Position numbers and translations under genes: made by a program. Shown here piece by piece: positions 1-8,744 of a stretch of DNA of 64,000 bases; position 1 is the stretch's first letter, and each line of letters opens with the position of its first letter. The stretch comes from a virus (Duplodnaviria; Caudoviricetes), in the IMG/VR virus record IMGVR_UViG_3300020576_002361, positions 14,976-78,975 of that record; one strand, written 5' to 3'. The notes under the pieces are model-generated. The model saw only the letters and a list, made by a program, of their open reading frames with translations, did not search any database and was not told where the DNA came from.

Positions 1-3000
1 CATATCCAGATAAAGGATCTCCTTCTACGTTTGCTGTTCCTGTTACTCCTTCCGAGGATACTACAATATAGTTTGTCTTGGTTAAAGTATCTGTATCATA
101 ACCATTGTCTATATCAAGTCTTACATTATAAGACCCTGCTCCAACATACTGATATGAAGCCGTAACTCCCTGACCGCTTGGACCAGTGAGAGTGCCGTGG
201 AAATACCACGTAGCAGTTCCGCCTGGATTCCAAGAATCTGACGAATCAAACACTACAGTTAATGGTGACTCTCCGCTTTGAATATTGGAATCAAAGAAAG
301 CATATACAGGATTCTTGCCATACGAATCAGGCGTTCCTATGAAATTTAGTTCTGGTTGATATGTATTCACTGGAACGTGAGTATAGATATCTTTCTGTAG
401 GAGCAGTTTGATGGCTCCACTAATACCAGTAGCTCCAGCAACTCCATAATTAGTATATTGCGGCTTATGTATTAGCCCTCTTGCGTCGAATACAAAGAAC
501 GGTCCGGCTCCGTTTTCCCAAACAGATCTTCTGATAAAGGTAAAGTAGTCATATTCAGACGGTCGGTGCATTATGGCTGTAGCACCTCTTGCTGTTCCAT
601 TTTGATATAACATCTGGAATAGAGGATAAGAAGTTGATACTTGTATTGCTTCTCTTGGCCATGGATTTTGAGTTGGAGTAGTAGAGGAAAGCGTATAACC
701 GTTTCCTGTCTGACTTCCATAACCAGCAGTTTCTGGCTCAGTTAGCCAAGGACAAATATACAAAGTCCTGTTTGACATTTCATCAAAATATGCCATATTA
801 TTAGACATTTGTTGTATTTGTTTCAAGCTATAATATAGACGGGCTTTAGTATAATCCTGTTGGTTTAAGAAGCTGTCTCCAAATGGAGTCGCATATCCAG
901 CCACACCCGTATTTACAGAATAAGTGCCTGTAAGATTAAATCCACCACTCACTCCTGTTATGCCCGCTTGATAACATTTTTCCAGAAATGTTCGATATGT
1001 CTTCTTATCAAACCATCCATCAGCTCCGGTCAAACCAGAAGAGGTAGGACCGGATGGACCAAAACCACTACCAACCCAGCCAGATCTATTAGCGGTCTGC
1101 TCTACTGGAGTATTACCAGCCGCAAGACCAAAGAACTGCTGAGCTTCTCTGTTTAAGCTGGTAGAATCAAAATAATTGAATCCCAGCAAAGAAGACACCC
1201 CATCTAGGTTAGGAGGGAATATACTTACGGCATCGTTTGGAGTATACGAACTTCCTGTATATCCAGACATTAAATCTATTTCATAAGTTAAGCTAGGTAC
1301 TTTTCCGCGATTACATGGGTATTGCTTGCTGCCCAACATATAATCGTATTCGCCTAATATCTTAATATTCGGGAAATAATTCTTTGCTTCTCCATAAATC
1401 TTACTCATTAACCAGTAAGTATGGGCATTGTGAAAACTAGTTAACCAGTTCTTAAATGTTGGGTTAATGTCTTCCGAAGATTGTCCAGGATCATGTGCGG
1501 TGTATCTGATATTAGCCACATCTAAAGTTATACCACCCGGATTAGTAGGATCATTACTTGGAGTTGCTGCGCCTATAAACTGAGCTGGTCTATACTGATT
1601 TGGGCTATAGTTACATCCCGAAGTAGTCGAGTGATTGAATGGTCCTGTTCTTCCCCACAAGTCCTTTAGAGTGATCTTATCAAAGAACTGATAGGTCGAT
1701 GCTCTAGGATCGTTGATTAGCTGAGGCCAGTATCCAGCATCATGTGTTTGCCCTGTTACTGCCGCTCCGAGAGGACCTGTATAACTAGAAGGAATATTAA
1801 CAAACAAATAAGGGGAGCTTATGTTTATGTAGGTAACATCTACTCCTCCTAAGTTCCTGGTGTAGTTTACCGCAGTCGAGGCATCTGTTATGGCATAAGT
1901 TCCAGAAGAGCTAGTTAAACCAATATATCCAGTTTTACCGGTCCACGTAGATGAAGTTCCTGTATTCAGTTTTACAACCTGTAAAGATCCAGTTGTTCCT
2001 CCAGAATAAGTATATTTTCTTATAGCTAACGGATAGCTTCTTGTAGCATCTAAGTTACCAGTAAGAGGAGAGAAAGGCCAAACTGGTGTAGTGTAAATAT
2101 TGTATCCAGTAAACGAACCAGCCGTAACACCTGTTAATCCCAGCGTCACGGTTGACACATAAGTTTGTTCCGCTACCGCCTGCGATCCTATTACCTGTGT
2201 TGGGAAATATTCGTTATCTGAGTTAATGAACTGAGGATAAGTTAATCCTGGTGTATATGGTATTCTTCTATCCAACTCGTTCTTCATGCTCTCGAATATT
2301 TTATTTACGCCATACATAGCACCAGACAAACCAGCCTGACAATATATGCTGCTCTTGCTAATATTTGAAGCATCTGTTACGCCGATTGCGAACGTTCCAC
2401 CAGCCATCGTAAGAACGTCGCTAGGATGATGCCAGACAGCCAACCATGAAGCAGTAGGTCCGCCAGATGTAATAGCACCAGCAGCTAAAGTAGTCGGCGT
2501 TGTATCTGTGTATTCGGCATACGGTCTGAACATGTTCAGAAGCATAACAGCCGGAATATAACAACCAGTCATACCTCTGTGGTTGTAATATCTGGTGTGC
2601 ATTTCAGCTTGCCAAGCTAATATTTTACCCAGATCCTGTTCTCTTGTTCCTGTTAGTTGATTAGTCCAATCAGCAACACTGGATTCACCAAAGGCGCCGG
2701 TTAATCCAGTCAATACATAGTTTCTAGCCACGTTACTGGAATAAGTATTCGTAGAATAGTTATTCATGGAAGCTTTATAGCTTTCCGACTGACGAGTAAC
2801 TACTGCTTGGCAAATAGGAGATGTATATTTGTGTATCTCATCAGAAAATACAGCAGCAGTTAATCCAGTAAAATACGAGTCTGGTCTCTGTCCATCTAAA
2901 CCAATAGGAGTAGTATGAAAAGGAGACGCCCAAGTATAAAATCTGGTGGCTACGTAAGCTGTTCCGCCTGGGTTATAAACTGGAATTTCTAGAGGATTGG

Positions 3001-3040
3001 TGATATCGGCTGTCGCAACAATGTTATTGTTAGCTGGCAT
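1..3040 (-). CDS. Large Gly/Thr/Ser-rich virion protein with C-proximal PKD domain (partial, runs off the window edge)
   Basis: Translated by hand from ATG at 3040 (MPANNNIVATADITNPLEIP...), open to base 1 (>1013 aa), so it is absent from the ORF track. PKD-like segment SGESPLTVVFDSSDSWNPGGTATWYF...SYQYVGAGSYNVRLDIDNGYDTDTLTKTNYIVV at ~60-310. GATAAATA late-promoter-like motif upstream (3075-3082). Confidence 0.85.
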   Translation of the reverse strand, partial: MPANNNIVATADITNPLEIPVYNPGGTAYVATRFYTWASPFHTTPIGLDGQRPDSYFTGLTAAVFSDEIHKYTSPICQAVVTRQSESYKASMNNYSTNTYSSNVARNYVLTGLTGAFGESSVADWTNQLTGTREQDLGKILAWQAEMHTRYYNHRGMTGCYIPAVMLLNMFRPYAEYTDTTPTTLAAGAITSGGPTASWLAVWHHPSDVLTMAGGTFAIGVTDASNISKSSIYCQAGLSGAMYGVNKIFESMKNELDRRIPYTPGLTYPQFINSDNEYFPTQVIGSQAVAEQTYVSTVTLGLTGVTAGSFTGYNIYTTPVWPFSPLTGNLDATRSYPLAIRKYTYSGGTTGSLQVVKLNTGTSSTWTGKTGYIGLTSSSGTYAITDASTAVNYTRNLGGVDVTYINISSPYLFVNIPSSYTGPLGAAVTGQTHDAGYWPQLINDPRASTYQFFDKITLKDLWGRTGPFNHSTTSGCNYSPNQYRPAQFIGAATPSNDPTNPGGITLDVANIRYTAHDPGQSSEDINPTFKNWLTSFHNAHTYWLMSKIYGEAKNYFPNIKILGEYDYMLGSKQYPCNRGKVPSLTYEIDLMSGYTGSSYTPNDAVSIFPPNLDGVSSLLGFNYFDSTSLNREAQQFFGLAAGNTPVEQTANRSGWVGSGFGPSGPTSSGLTGADGWFDKKTYRTFLEKCYQAGITGVSGGFNLTGTYSVNTGVAGYATPFGDSFLNQQDYTKARLYYSLKQIQQMSNNMAYFDEMSNRTLYICPWLTEPETAGYGSQTGNGYTLSSTTPTQNPWPREAIQVSTSYPLFQMLYQNGTARGATAIMHRPSEYDYFTFIRRSVWENGAGPFFVFDARGLIHKPQYTNYGVAGATGISGAIKLLLQKDIYTHVPVNTYQPELNFIGTPDSYGKNPVYAFFDSNIQSGESPLTVVFDSSDSWNPGGTATWYFHGTLTGPSGQGVTASYQYVGAGSYNVRLDIDNGYDTDTLTKTNYIVVSSEGVTGTANVEGDPLSGY

Positions 3041-3087
3041 TATGAGTCCTTGAGGTTATAAATATTACTGTGGATATTTATCTCCAC

Positions 3088-3115
3088 TTGACTATAGATT
3101 TCTGCTGTATATAAT
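3088..3115 (+). promoter_or_regulatory. Sigma70-like early promoter TTGACT-N16-TATAAT
   Basis: TTGACT at 3088-3093 and TATAAT at 3110-3115, directly upstream of the plus-strand tRNA block. Confidence 0.8.
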
Positions 3116-3140
3116 ATATAGATATCTGTATATAGATCGA

Positions 3141-3213
3141 TTACCGAAGTAGTGTCAACGGCAGCACGCTTGTCTCCAAAACAAGAGGAACGGGTTCAAA
3201 TCCCCTCCGGTAA
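3141..3213 (+). tRNA. tRNA-Trp(CCA), atypical or degenerate acceptor/T stem
   Basis: D arm GTGTCAACGGCAGCAC, anticodon arm CTTGT-CTCCAAA-ACAAG, T loop GGGTTCAAATCCC. The acceptor and T stems cannot both be completed in one register. Confidence 0.7.
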
Positions 3214-3298
3214 GTTAAAAACTCAGGTTAGCTAAACCTGCTAAAAAATGAGTATCTCTAGTTTTGACTTGGGAAACCAAGGAGTTCTAGAAGTTTAT

Positions 3299-3371
3299 GG
3301 TGGCTATAGTTCAAAGGCTAGAATACTGGGTTGTGAGTCCGGGGGTACGGTTTCAAGATCCGTTAGCCACC
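3299..3371 (+). tRNA. tRNA-His(GTG) with encoded G-1
   Basis: GGTGGCTA...TAGCCACC acceptor, anticodon arm CTGGG-TTGTGAG-TCCGG, T arm ACGGT-TTCAAGA-TCCGT. Confidence 0.9.
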
Positions 3372-3374
3372 CTT

Positions 3375-3524
3375 ATGAGAAAAAGTACATGGAAACTGTC
3401 AGACGCAGAAATCAAGGTTTTAATAGAAGCCATCAACTCCATAGATTCAAATAAAATGGCTAAAGAAGATCTGGTACTTCTCTGTGCCCTAAAAGCTAGA
3501 TTCGAAGCCAGTCTAAATAACTAA
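3375..3524 (+). CDS. Small hypothetical protein (49 aa) between tRNA-His and tRNA-Gln
   Basis: The 3' part of track ORF 3297..3524 (MRKSTWKLSDAEIKVLIEAI...) fills the spacer exactly. The 5' part of that track ORF is tRNA-His. Confidence 0.45.
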   Translation: MRKSTWKLSDAEIKVLIEAINSIDSNKMAKEDLVLLCALKARFEASLNN

Positions 3525-3528
3525 AGAT

Positions 3529-3599
3529 TCCCTGGTGGTGTAACGGTAGCACGCAAGGCTTTGGTCCTTGTTGTAGGGGTTCAAATCCCTTCCGGGGTG
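3529..3599 (+). tRNA. tRNA-Gln(TTG)
   Basis: TCCCTGG/CCGGGGT acceptor, anticodon arm CAAGG-CTTTGGT-CCTTG, T arm AGGGG-TTCAAAT-CCCTT. Confidence 0.92.
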
Positions 3600-3613
3600 T
3601 TAGGAGGGTTATC

Positions 3614-4105
3614 ATGAATAGATTAGTACTTGTGTTGGCTTGTTTGGCCGCGGTTACATCTACTTCCTTGATATCTCAAAATAAGGTTAACCTTACTTAC
3701 AACGTATCATCTTCACAAAAAGCTGGATGGTCAGAAGGAATCAGTGACTATGATGGTCAGGTTTTCTCTACTATCGTGGAACACAAATCTTTACATAGAC
3801 CATCCATATCCATAAAATATTATTCTACTTTGGGTCAAGTACACACTTTCAATAGGTTTATCAATCTAAAGACAAAAAGCAAAACCATATCAAAAGAAAA
3901 CATAGAATCTCCTTCCACAATCAGCAAAGGAGATTTGTTGGTTTTATCAAGTGGCAAAGTCTACGAAGTAGTAGGCACAACGGAACAAAATATAACATTA
4001 AACGAATCATTTGACTCCAAAAAATATTCTTCAGAAAACGAATCTTCTTACTTTATTTGTCTTCCTGTTTCAGCAAGAGATATCACGGTAAAGCTTTCGG
4101 AATAA
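3614..4105 (+). CDS. Hypothetical protein with N-terminal signal peptide
   Basis: GGAGGG RBS; hydrophobic N-terminus MNRLVLVLACLAAVTSTS. Confidence 0.75.
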   Translation: MNRLVLVLACLAAVTSTSLISQNKVNLTYNVSSSQKAGWSEGISDYDGQVFSTIVEHKSLHRPSISIKYYSTLGQVHTFNRFINLKTKSKTISKENIESPSTISKGDLLVLSSGKVYEVVGTTEQNITLNESFDSKKYSSENESSYFICLPVSARDITVKLSE

Positions 4106-4122
4106 TATTATAGGAGAAGAAA

Positions 4123-4731
4123 GTGATCTTACTAAGAACTTTAGGGAAGAAGACCGATAAGTTTCTAGAAATAAGTCAAGATATCCTACATGACAACAAA
4201 GGTAAGATTTTCATTACTCCCACGAAATCAGATTCTTACTTTGATTTCGACACCAATGTAATGGGAATATTTCCAGTAAGATATGGTAAAAAAGTATGGT
4301 TAGAAACATACATTCACGAATATTGTCATTTTCTACAGAAATACTATAGAACAAAAACATTTAAGAAATACATGGAAAGACGAACCAGTTGCTATGAAAT
4401 AATAACAAGCTGGATTTTTCAGAGTAAAATACCGCCAGAAAAACAAATAAAAGAAGCATTTCATCTTACAAGAATGCTGGAGCATGAGTGCGAACAAATG
4501 TCAGCCAGCCTAGTAAGAGAATTTGATCTACCGGTGGATACAAGAAGGTTACAAAAGAAGGGCAATGCCTATCTTATCTTCTATCACGCGGTAGAAAAGA
4601 ACAGGAAATGGTCTACCAAAAAATCTATATACACCCAAGATATACTACAAAATATGCCAAATGTCATTCAAGATAAATACATAGAATGTGCACCGAAAAC
4701 AAAATTAAAACTGCTAGAAAATTGTTTCTAA
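4123..4731 (+). CDS. Putative zinc metallopeptidase-like protein (HExxH)
   Basis: YIHEYCHFLQ motif with a downstream E (LEHECE). Confidence 0.6.
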   Translation: MILLRTLGKKTDKFLEISQDILHDNKGKIFITPTKSDSYFDFDTNVMGIFPVRYGKKVWLETYIHEYCHFLQKYYRTKTFKKYMERRTSCYEIITSWIFQSKIPPEKQIKEAFHLTRMLEHECEQMSASLVREFDLPVDTRRLQKKGNAYLIFYHAVEKNRKWSTKKSIYTQDILQNMPNVIQDKYIECAPKTKLKLLENCF

Positions 4732-4740
4732 GGAAATCAA

Positions 4741-5169
4741 ATGCTAGATAACCCAGAAGACAACATCTTTGGAGGCGACGACGATTCCGAAGACCAAGAA
4801 AATTTTCAATCCCATTTCCTGAATGGTTGTAATGCCTTTGTTTTTATAGCTAGTCAAATCAAGGGAGATAATAGACCCTCGGATGAAATAGTGATGGCTA
4901 TTATAAAGGAAATCATAGGCAACAGGAATACCAAAACTGTAAAATTCCAAGACATACTGGAACGCCTATATAATAGGATCGTGGAGTATTGTACGGACTC
5001 CTTGGACATCATATCAATCATGGATGCGATGGAACAAGAAACCGACTATCAAGAGTACAAAGATAGCATTAGAGTTTATAGAAAAAGAAAGAAGATATCT
5101 TCAAAGAAAGTATCCACAAAAAAGAAAGTAAAAGTAAAAGCAAAAACTCCTAGGAAAGGAAAAAAATGA
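4741..5169 (+). CDS. Hypothetical protein (acidic N-terminus, Lys-rich C-terminus)
   Basis: 142-aa ORF whose stop overlaps the next start (ATGA). Confidence 0.75.
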   Translation: MLDNPEDNIFGGDDDSEDQENFQSHFLNGCNAFVFIASQIKGDNRPSDEIVMAIIKEIIGNRNTKTVKFQDILERLYNRIVEYCTDSLDIISIMDAMEQETDYQEYKDSIRVYRKRKKISSKKVSTKKKVKVKAKTPRKGKK

Positions 5170-5534
5170 GTACGGTGAATGTTATACGATTGAAGACTGG
5201 TGAAGATTTGATTGCGTTCGTGGAAAGCTCAGATATGAATAGCGGATCTATTACTATTAAGGATCCGTTTCACATCTTTATGCCCCAGCCAGGAAGAATA
5301 GCTATTCTTCCGTTTATTCCATTCTGTGATATTGGTGATGGCTTGAAGCTAGACGCCAGCGATATTATGTGGAAATGCCAAGCCGAGAAGGAAGTCGAAG
5401 CTCAGTATCGTAGTACGATTTCTCAGCAACGAAACGAAGCGGCTGGATTGGTTGTTCCACCAAAGGGGCTAGTGGTTCCTGGTGGAGTGAGCAACGCAGC
5501 AGGAAAGGCCAGTAGCTTAAAGCTTAGTACCTAA
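5166..5534 (+). CDS. T4-like Sm-like fold small protein
   Basis: VIRLKTGEDLIA...IKDP...ILPFIPF pattern, typical of the small Sm-like proteins of T4-like phages. Confidence 0.6.
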   Translation: MSTVNVIRLKTGEDLIAFVESSDMNSGSITIKDPFHIFMPQPGRIAILPFIPFCDIGDGLKLDASDIMWKCQAEKEVEAQYRSTISQQRNEAAGLVVPPKGLVVPGGVSNAAGKASSLKLST

Positions 5535-5553
5535 CTAAAATCAAAACAGAAAC

Positions 5554-5583
5554 AAAGAAGCCCCGATTGTTCGGGGCTTCTTT
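5554..5583. terminator. Bidirectional Rho-independent terminator
   Basis: AAAGAAGCCCCGA-TTGT-TCGGGGCTTCTTT between convergent genes. Confidence 0.9.
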
Positions 5584-5588
5584 CATTT

Positions 5589-6503
5589 TTAAGATCTAGG
5601 TATTGTTGGTGCTATCTTTTTCTTGAGTTTATTTTCTCGGATCTCTAATACTTTCTTCTTTGTCTTTTCTGTTTGAATAGTATGAGCTATTCCGGGTTTT
5701 GCTCTATCACCAAATATCTCTATTTTCTTATCTATTGGAAGTTCTTGTTTTACAACTTCTAGAAGTTCTACGTTTTCTTCGGTTGCTTGTTCAAGGTCGT
5801 TCTTCTTCTTGTTTTCTACTATTGTAGTATATACTAGGTACACCAGTGTTCCGATAATCGACACTCCAAGGACAATGGCTCCTATTAGAGCCAAGTATTT
5901 CAGATAGAAAGTAGCCCCCGCAGCTAAGCACAAAGCAACGACTCCCATAGAGGCAATCGTTATACCAACCTTCTTGCTATAAAAGAAGGATAGTGCTACA
6001 CCGACTAGAACAACAACAGTGCCTATAAAGAATATGATTCCCAAATAGGAATACAGTTTCTTGACAGCATCTTGCTTTATCTTATCATTTTCTTCTTGTA
6101 ATGATTTGATTGTATTTTCTAGTTTCTGAACGCTGTTATTGGCCGCAGTTAACTTATCTGCTGATTTGATTATTTCTTTGGCTTTGTTATCTATATTATC
6201 CAGATTTTGATGGATCTTATCGGCTTCGGTTTTTACTATACTTACAGATTTCTTTATGGTATCAGGTATATCATTTCTGGTAGATATTTCTAGGTCAGCT
6301 TGATACGATTCCTTTTTTATGATATCTGCGCTGGTTTTTGCTTCTGCTACGCTCTGTTGGGAGGACTTTGCTGTTTCTAGTATATTCTCTTTGATATCAC
6401 TGATCTTCTCGCCGGTATAGGTAGGGACATCGTCGTTGCCTCTCCTTTGTTGAGACCCGCAACCAACTAAAAACATTATAAAGAATAGATAAAAGTACTT
6501 CAT
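5589..6503 (-). CDS. Predicted lipoprotein with coiled coil and about 3 transmembrane helices
   Basis: Lipobox FLVGC at the N-terminus, a long heptad-rich segment, then hydrophobic stretches (YLGIIFFIGTVVVLVGVALSFF; VGITIASMGVVALCLAAGATF; LALIGAIVLGVSIIGTLVYLVY). Confidence 0.75.
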   Translation of the reverse strand: MKYFYLFFIMFLVGCGSQQRRGNDDVPTYTGEKISDIKENILETAKSSQQSVAEAKTSADIIKKESYQADLEISTRNDIPDTIKKSVSIVKTEADKIHQNLDNIDNKAKEIIKSADKLTAANNSVQKLENTIKSLQEENDKIKQDAVKKLYSYLGIIFFIGTVVVLVGVALSFFYSKKVGITIASMGVVALCLAAGATFYLKYLALIGAIVLGVSIIGTLVYLVYTTIVENKKKNDLEQATEENVELLEVVKQELPIDKKIEIFGDRAKPGIAHTIQTEKTKKKVLEIRENKLKKKIAPTIPRS

Positions 6504-6504
6504 C

Positions 6505-7086
6505 TTATCTCCTATAGAGTCTCTTTTTCCCGGCTTTCTTTCTCAGATCGAGGTATGACTTGATAGGAGGCTGTTCTCCTGGAGAAGTACCTGCTATCTT
6601 TCCACCGCCCACATTATTTACCGGAGCTTCTTCTTTTACGTCTTCTTTTTCTTTGTCGTCTTCCTTCTTTTTACGACCACGGTGGCGACCTTCTATCTTA
6701 GCAATCATATCGTAATATCTAGGATTCTCGTATACATGGTCCTTAGCTATTTCTCTAGCCACAGCAGCATTTGTAGTGTGCTCTTTTTCTATACGGGTAC
6801 CTCTGCGAATAGCAGCTTCGGCCGCAGCAGCGGATATACCATGCTTTCTTGCGATGTCAGAGACAGTCTTTCCTTCAGCCTTACCACCAGGAATAAGACC
6901 TCTGCGTCCTCTTCTTCTTTTCTTGGAATACAGCAAAGATTCTCCCACAGCATGTAAGCGAACCTTAGGAGTTTTACTAGTGTTAATATCGTCAATAGCC
7001 TTTCTATATCGTTCACTGTCACTAAGCTTCTTGGTAGTTGCTTGGCGTATTCTAAGTTTGTCTCTTAATTTTTTCCACTTTGACAT
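6505..7086 (-). CDS. Basic head-associated protein (DUF5661-like)
   Basis: RGTRIEKEHTTNAAVAREIAKDHVYENPRYY motif plus a C-terminal EEAPVNNVGGGKIAG motif seen in T4-like phage late proteins. Confidence 0.6.
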   Translation of the reverse strand: MSKWKKLRDKLRIRQATTKKLSDSERYRKAIDDINTSKTPKVRLHAVGESLLYSKKRRRGRRGLIPGGKAEGKTVSDIARKHGISAAAAEAAIRRGTRIEKEHTTNAAVAREIAKDHVYENPRYYDMIAKIEGRHRGRKKKEDDKEKEDVKEEAPVNNVGGGKIAGTSPGEQPPIKSYLDLRKKAGKKRLYRR

Positions 7087-7093
7087 GGTTTCC

Positions 7094-7468
7094 TCACAAG
7101 TTTCTTAGTTTATTTACAATAAAGTCATCCATATTTATGTGTATGAATGACTTATTATCTGGCTTTATATAGTTCAAGTATACCAGGAAAGATTTGATAA
7201 CTGGTAGTAGGTTCTTCTCTAACTTGAATAGTAAGATTTTTGTAGCGGGCTCAATATCAAATACATTGTATAGAGTGATTATATGATTTATTATAAGCCT
7301 CTCTCGTAACTCTCCTCCGTTCAAGTATTTCTTGACAAGCCGTTTAATATAGACTATACGAAGCAAATCTTCATTAAACTCGTCTATACTCTTACATTGA
7401 GGATTATTATAGTGGCTTACAGCATAAATGACAAAATTATCATCGTTTAGTTCTTTGAAGTCCATCAA
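7094..7468 (-). CDS. Conserved T4-like hypothetical protein (YNNPQC family)
   Basis: FKELNDDNF..YA..HYNNPQC...EFNEDL.RI.YIKRL...ELRERLIINHII.LYNVF pattern. Confidence 0.8.
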   Translation of the reverse strand: MMDFKELNDDNFVIYAVSHYNNPQCKSIDEFNEDLLRIVYIKRLVKKYLNGGELRERLIINHIITLYNVFDIEPATKILLFKLEKNLLPVIKSFLVYLNYIKPDNKSFIHINMDDFIVNKLRNL

Positions 7469-8004
7469 TCAACCATTATTACCTGAGCAGTAGGATATAC
7501 TAGGGATCCACCAGACGAGTAAGTTATTCGTAGCTTGAGATGCTTTCCGAGTCTATGGTAAATACCATCGTCTTTACCAATGGTACCCGTATTGTTCAGG
7601 ACACCTATTCTACCACCCATATAAGAAAGAGGAAACTCTTCTGGATTTATTTCTATGGTGTAAGAAGGAGTACCGGGATATGTATTAGTAGGATATGCAT
7701 TAGTAGCAACTTGAGGCTTCTTTACAACGTATGGTCTCTTTTTAGGAAACTGAAAATACAGACCTATAATCGATAACTTCCGTTGAATATAACCTAGAAT
7801 ATAATTAGGATCTATACATGGTTTGTAGTTTAACGAAGCAAGGTAAGCATTAATCTTAGCAATAGATTCTGGTTGGACTACATCGAAAACACTAGAATCA
7901 GTGCCATCTATGGCATGATCCACTGGATGTAAGCCGGGCCCTGACGTATAGGGCCCGACTCCTTCGTGTTCCGATAAAGATCTAATATCAGAAAACTTCT
8001 TCAT
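7465..8004 (-). CDS. Hypothetical late protein
   Basis: 179-aa ORF coupled by ATGA overlap; begins MKKFSDIRSLSE. Confidence 0.75.
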   Translation of the reverse strand: MKKFSDIRSLSEHEGVGPYTSGPGLHPVDHAIDGTDSSVFDVVQPESIAKINAYLASLNYKPCIDPNYILGYIQRKLSIIGLYFQFPKKRPYVVKKPQVATNAYPTNTYPGTPSYTIEINPEEFPLSYMGGRIGVLNNTGTIGKDDGIYHRLGKHLKLRITYSSGGSLVYPTAQVIMVD

Positions 8005-8018
8005 GTTGAATATCTTCC

Positions 8019-8744
8019 TTATACTACGCGAATAGTAAACGATGCGCTTCCTGTCAATCCACCCGGAGAACGGCTATCAAATACTGATGCAGTAAGACCG
8101 TGAGTGCCAGTAGTTAGTCCGGCGTTAATACGAAGAACGGCTGCTCCGTAAGTCACACCACCCCAACCACCGAATGGGAAAGCCGCAGTAGTTACGCCAG
8201 CAGCCTGATAGAAGCTACTTCCTATAGCAGCCGTAGTGCCAGCGGTGATAGCTGTTATTAAGAGCGTGTTATTCCATACAGAAGTTGCACCAGTTGTGCT
8301 GAAGGCAAATGAAGTACCGAATTCCGTGCTGTTACAATCAGCCGCAATAACAGGAATATATGCTGTTACACCAAAGCTAACTCTATACTGATCTCCACCA
8401 AACGGAATAGTTAGGTAAGGTGCATAGTTTGGGTTTCCTGCTGCGTTAGTAGCAGTCGCTCCTGGTACACCTTGGGTTTGACCTCTGTTAGCAAAGTAAG
8501 TTTGCGTAACACCGGTTGGAGATGGATCCAGAGGAATAGCAACTAAAAGCTCTGTAGGAACTACAGCAACGCCGCTACTGGTCACGTATGATTGATTAAA
8601 AGGATTAGCAGTAGTTCCAGTAACACCGGCACCTACTAGCGGAATCTCCCAACCTCTGACAGTACGGAAACATACTCTCTTCTGTTCCTCGGTGAGCCAT
8701 GATGGTTTTGAGCTTTCTCTATCGTTTGAGTTCCAAAGTGCCAT
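8019..8744 (-). CDS. Gly/Thr/Ala-rich putative virion protein
   Basis: MALWN..D start typical of T4-like structural ORFs; about 11 G-x-T motifs. Confidence 0.7.
   Translation of the reverse strand: MALWNSNDRESSKPSWLTEEQKRVCFRTVRGWEIPLVGAGVTGTTANPFNQSYVTSSGVAVVPTELLVAIPLDPSPTGVTQTYFANRGQTQGVPGATATNAAGNPNYAPYLTIPFGGDQYRVSFGVTAYIPVIAADCNSTEFGTSFAFSTTGATSVWNNTLLITAITAGTTAAIGSSFYQAAGVTTAAFPFGGWGGVTYGAAVLRINAGLTTGTHGLTASVFDSRSPGGLTGSASFTIRVV

Noticed and set aside
3057-3064. Plus-strand TATAAATA as a late promoter for the tRNA block
   Set aside because: It lies in an AT-rich divergent intergenic region with a better sigma70-like promoter just downstream, so it cannot be distinguished from chance.
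3248-3454. Track ORF 3248..3454 and the 5' part of 3297..3524
   Set aside because: They overlap tRNA-His.
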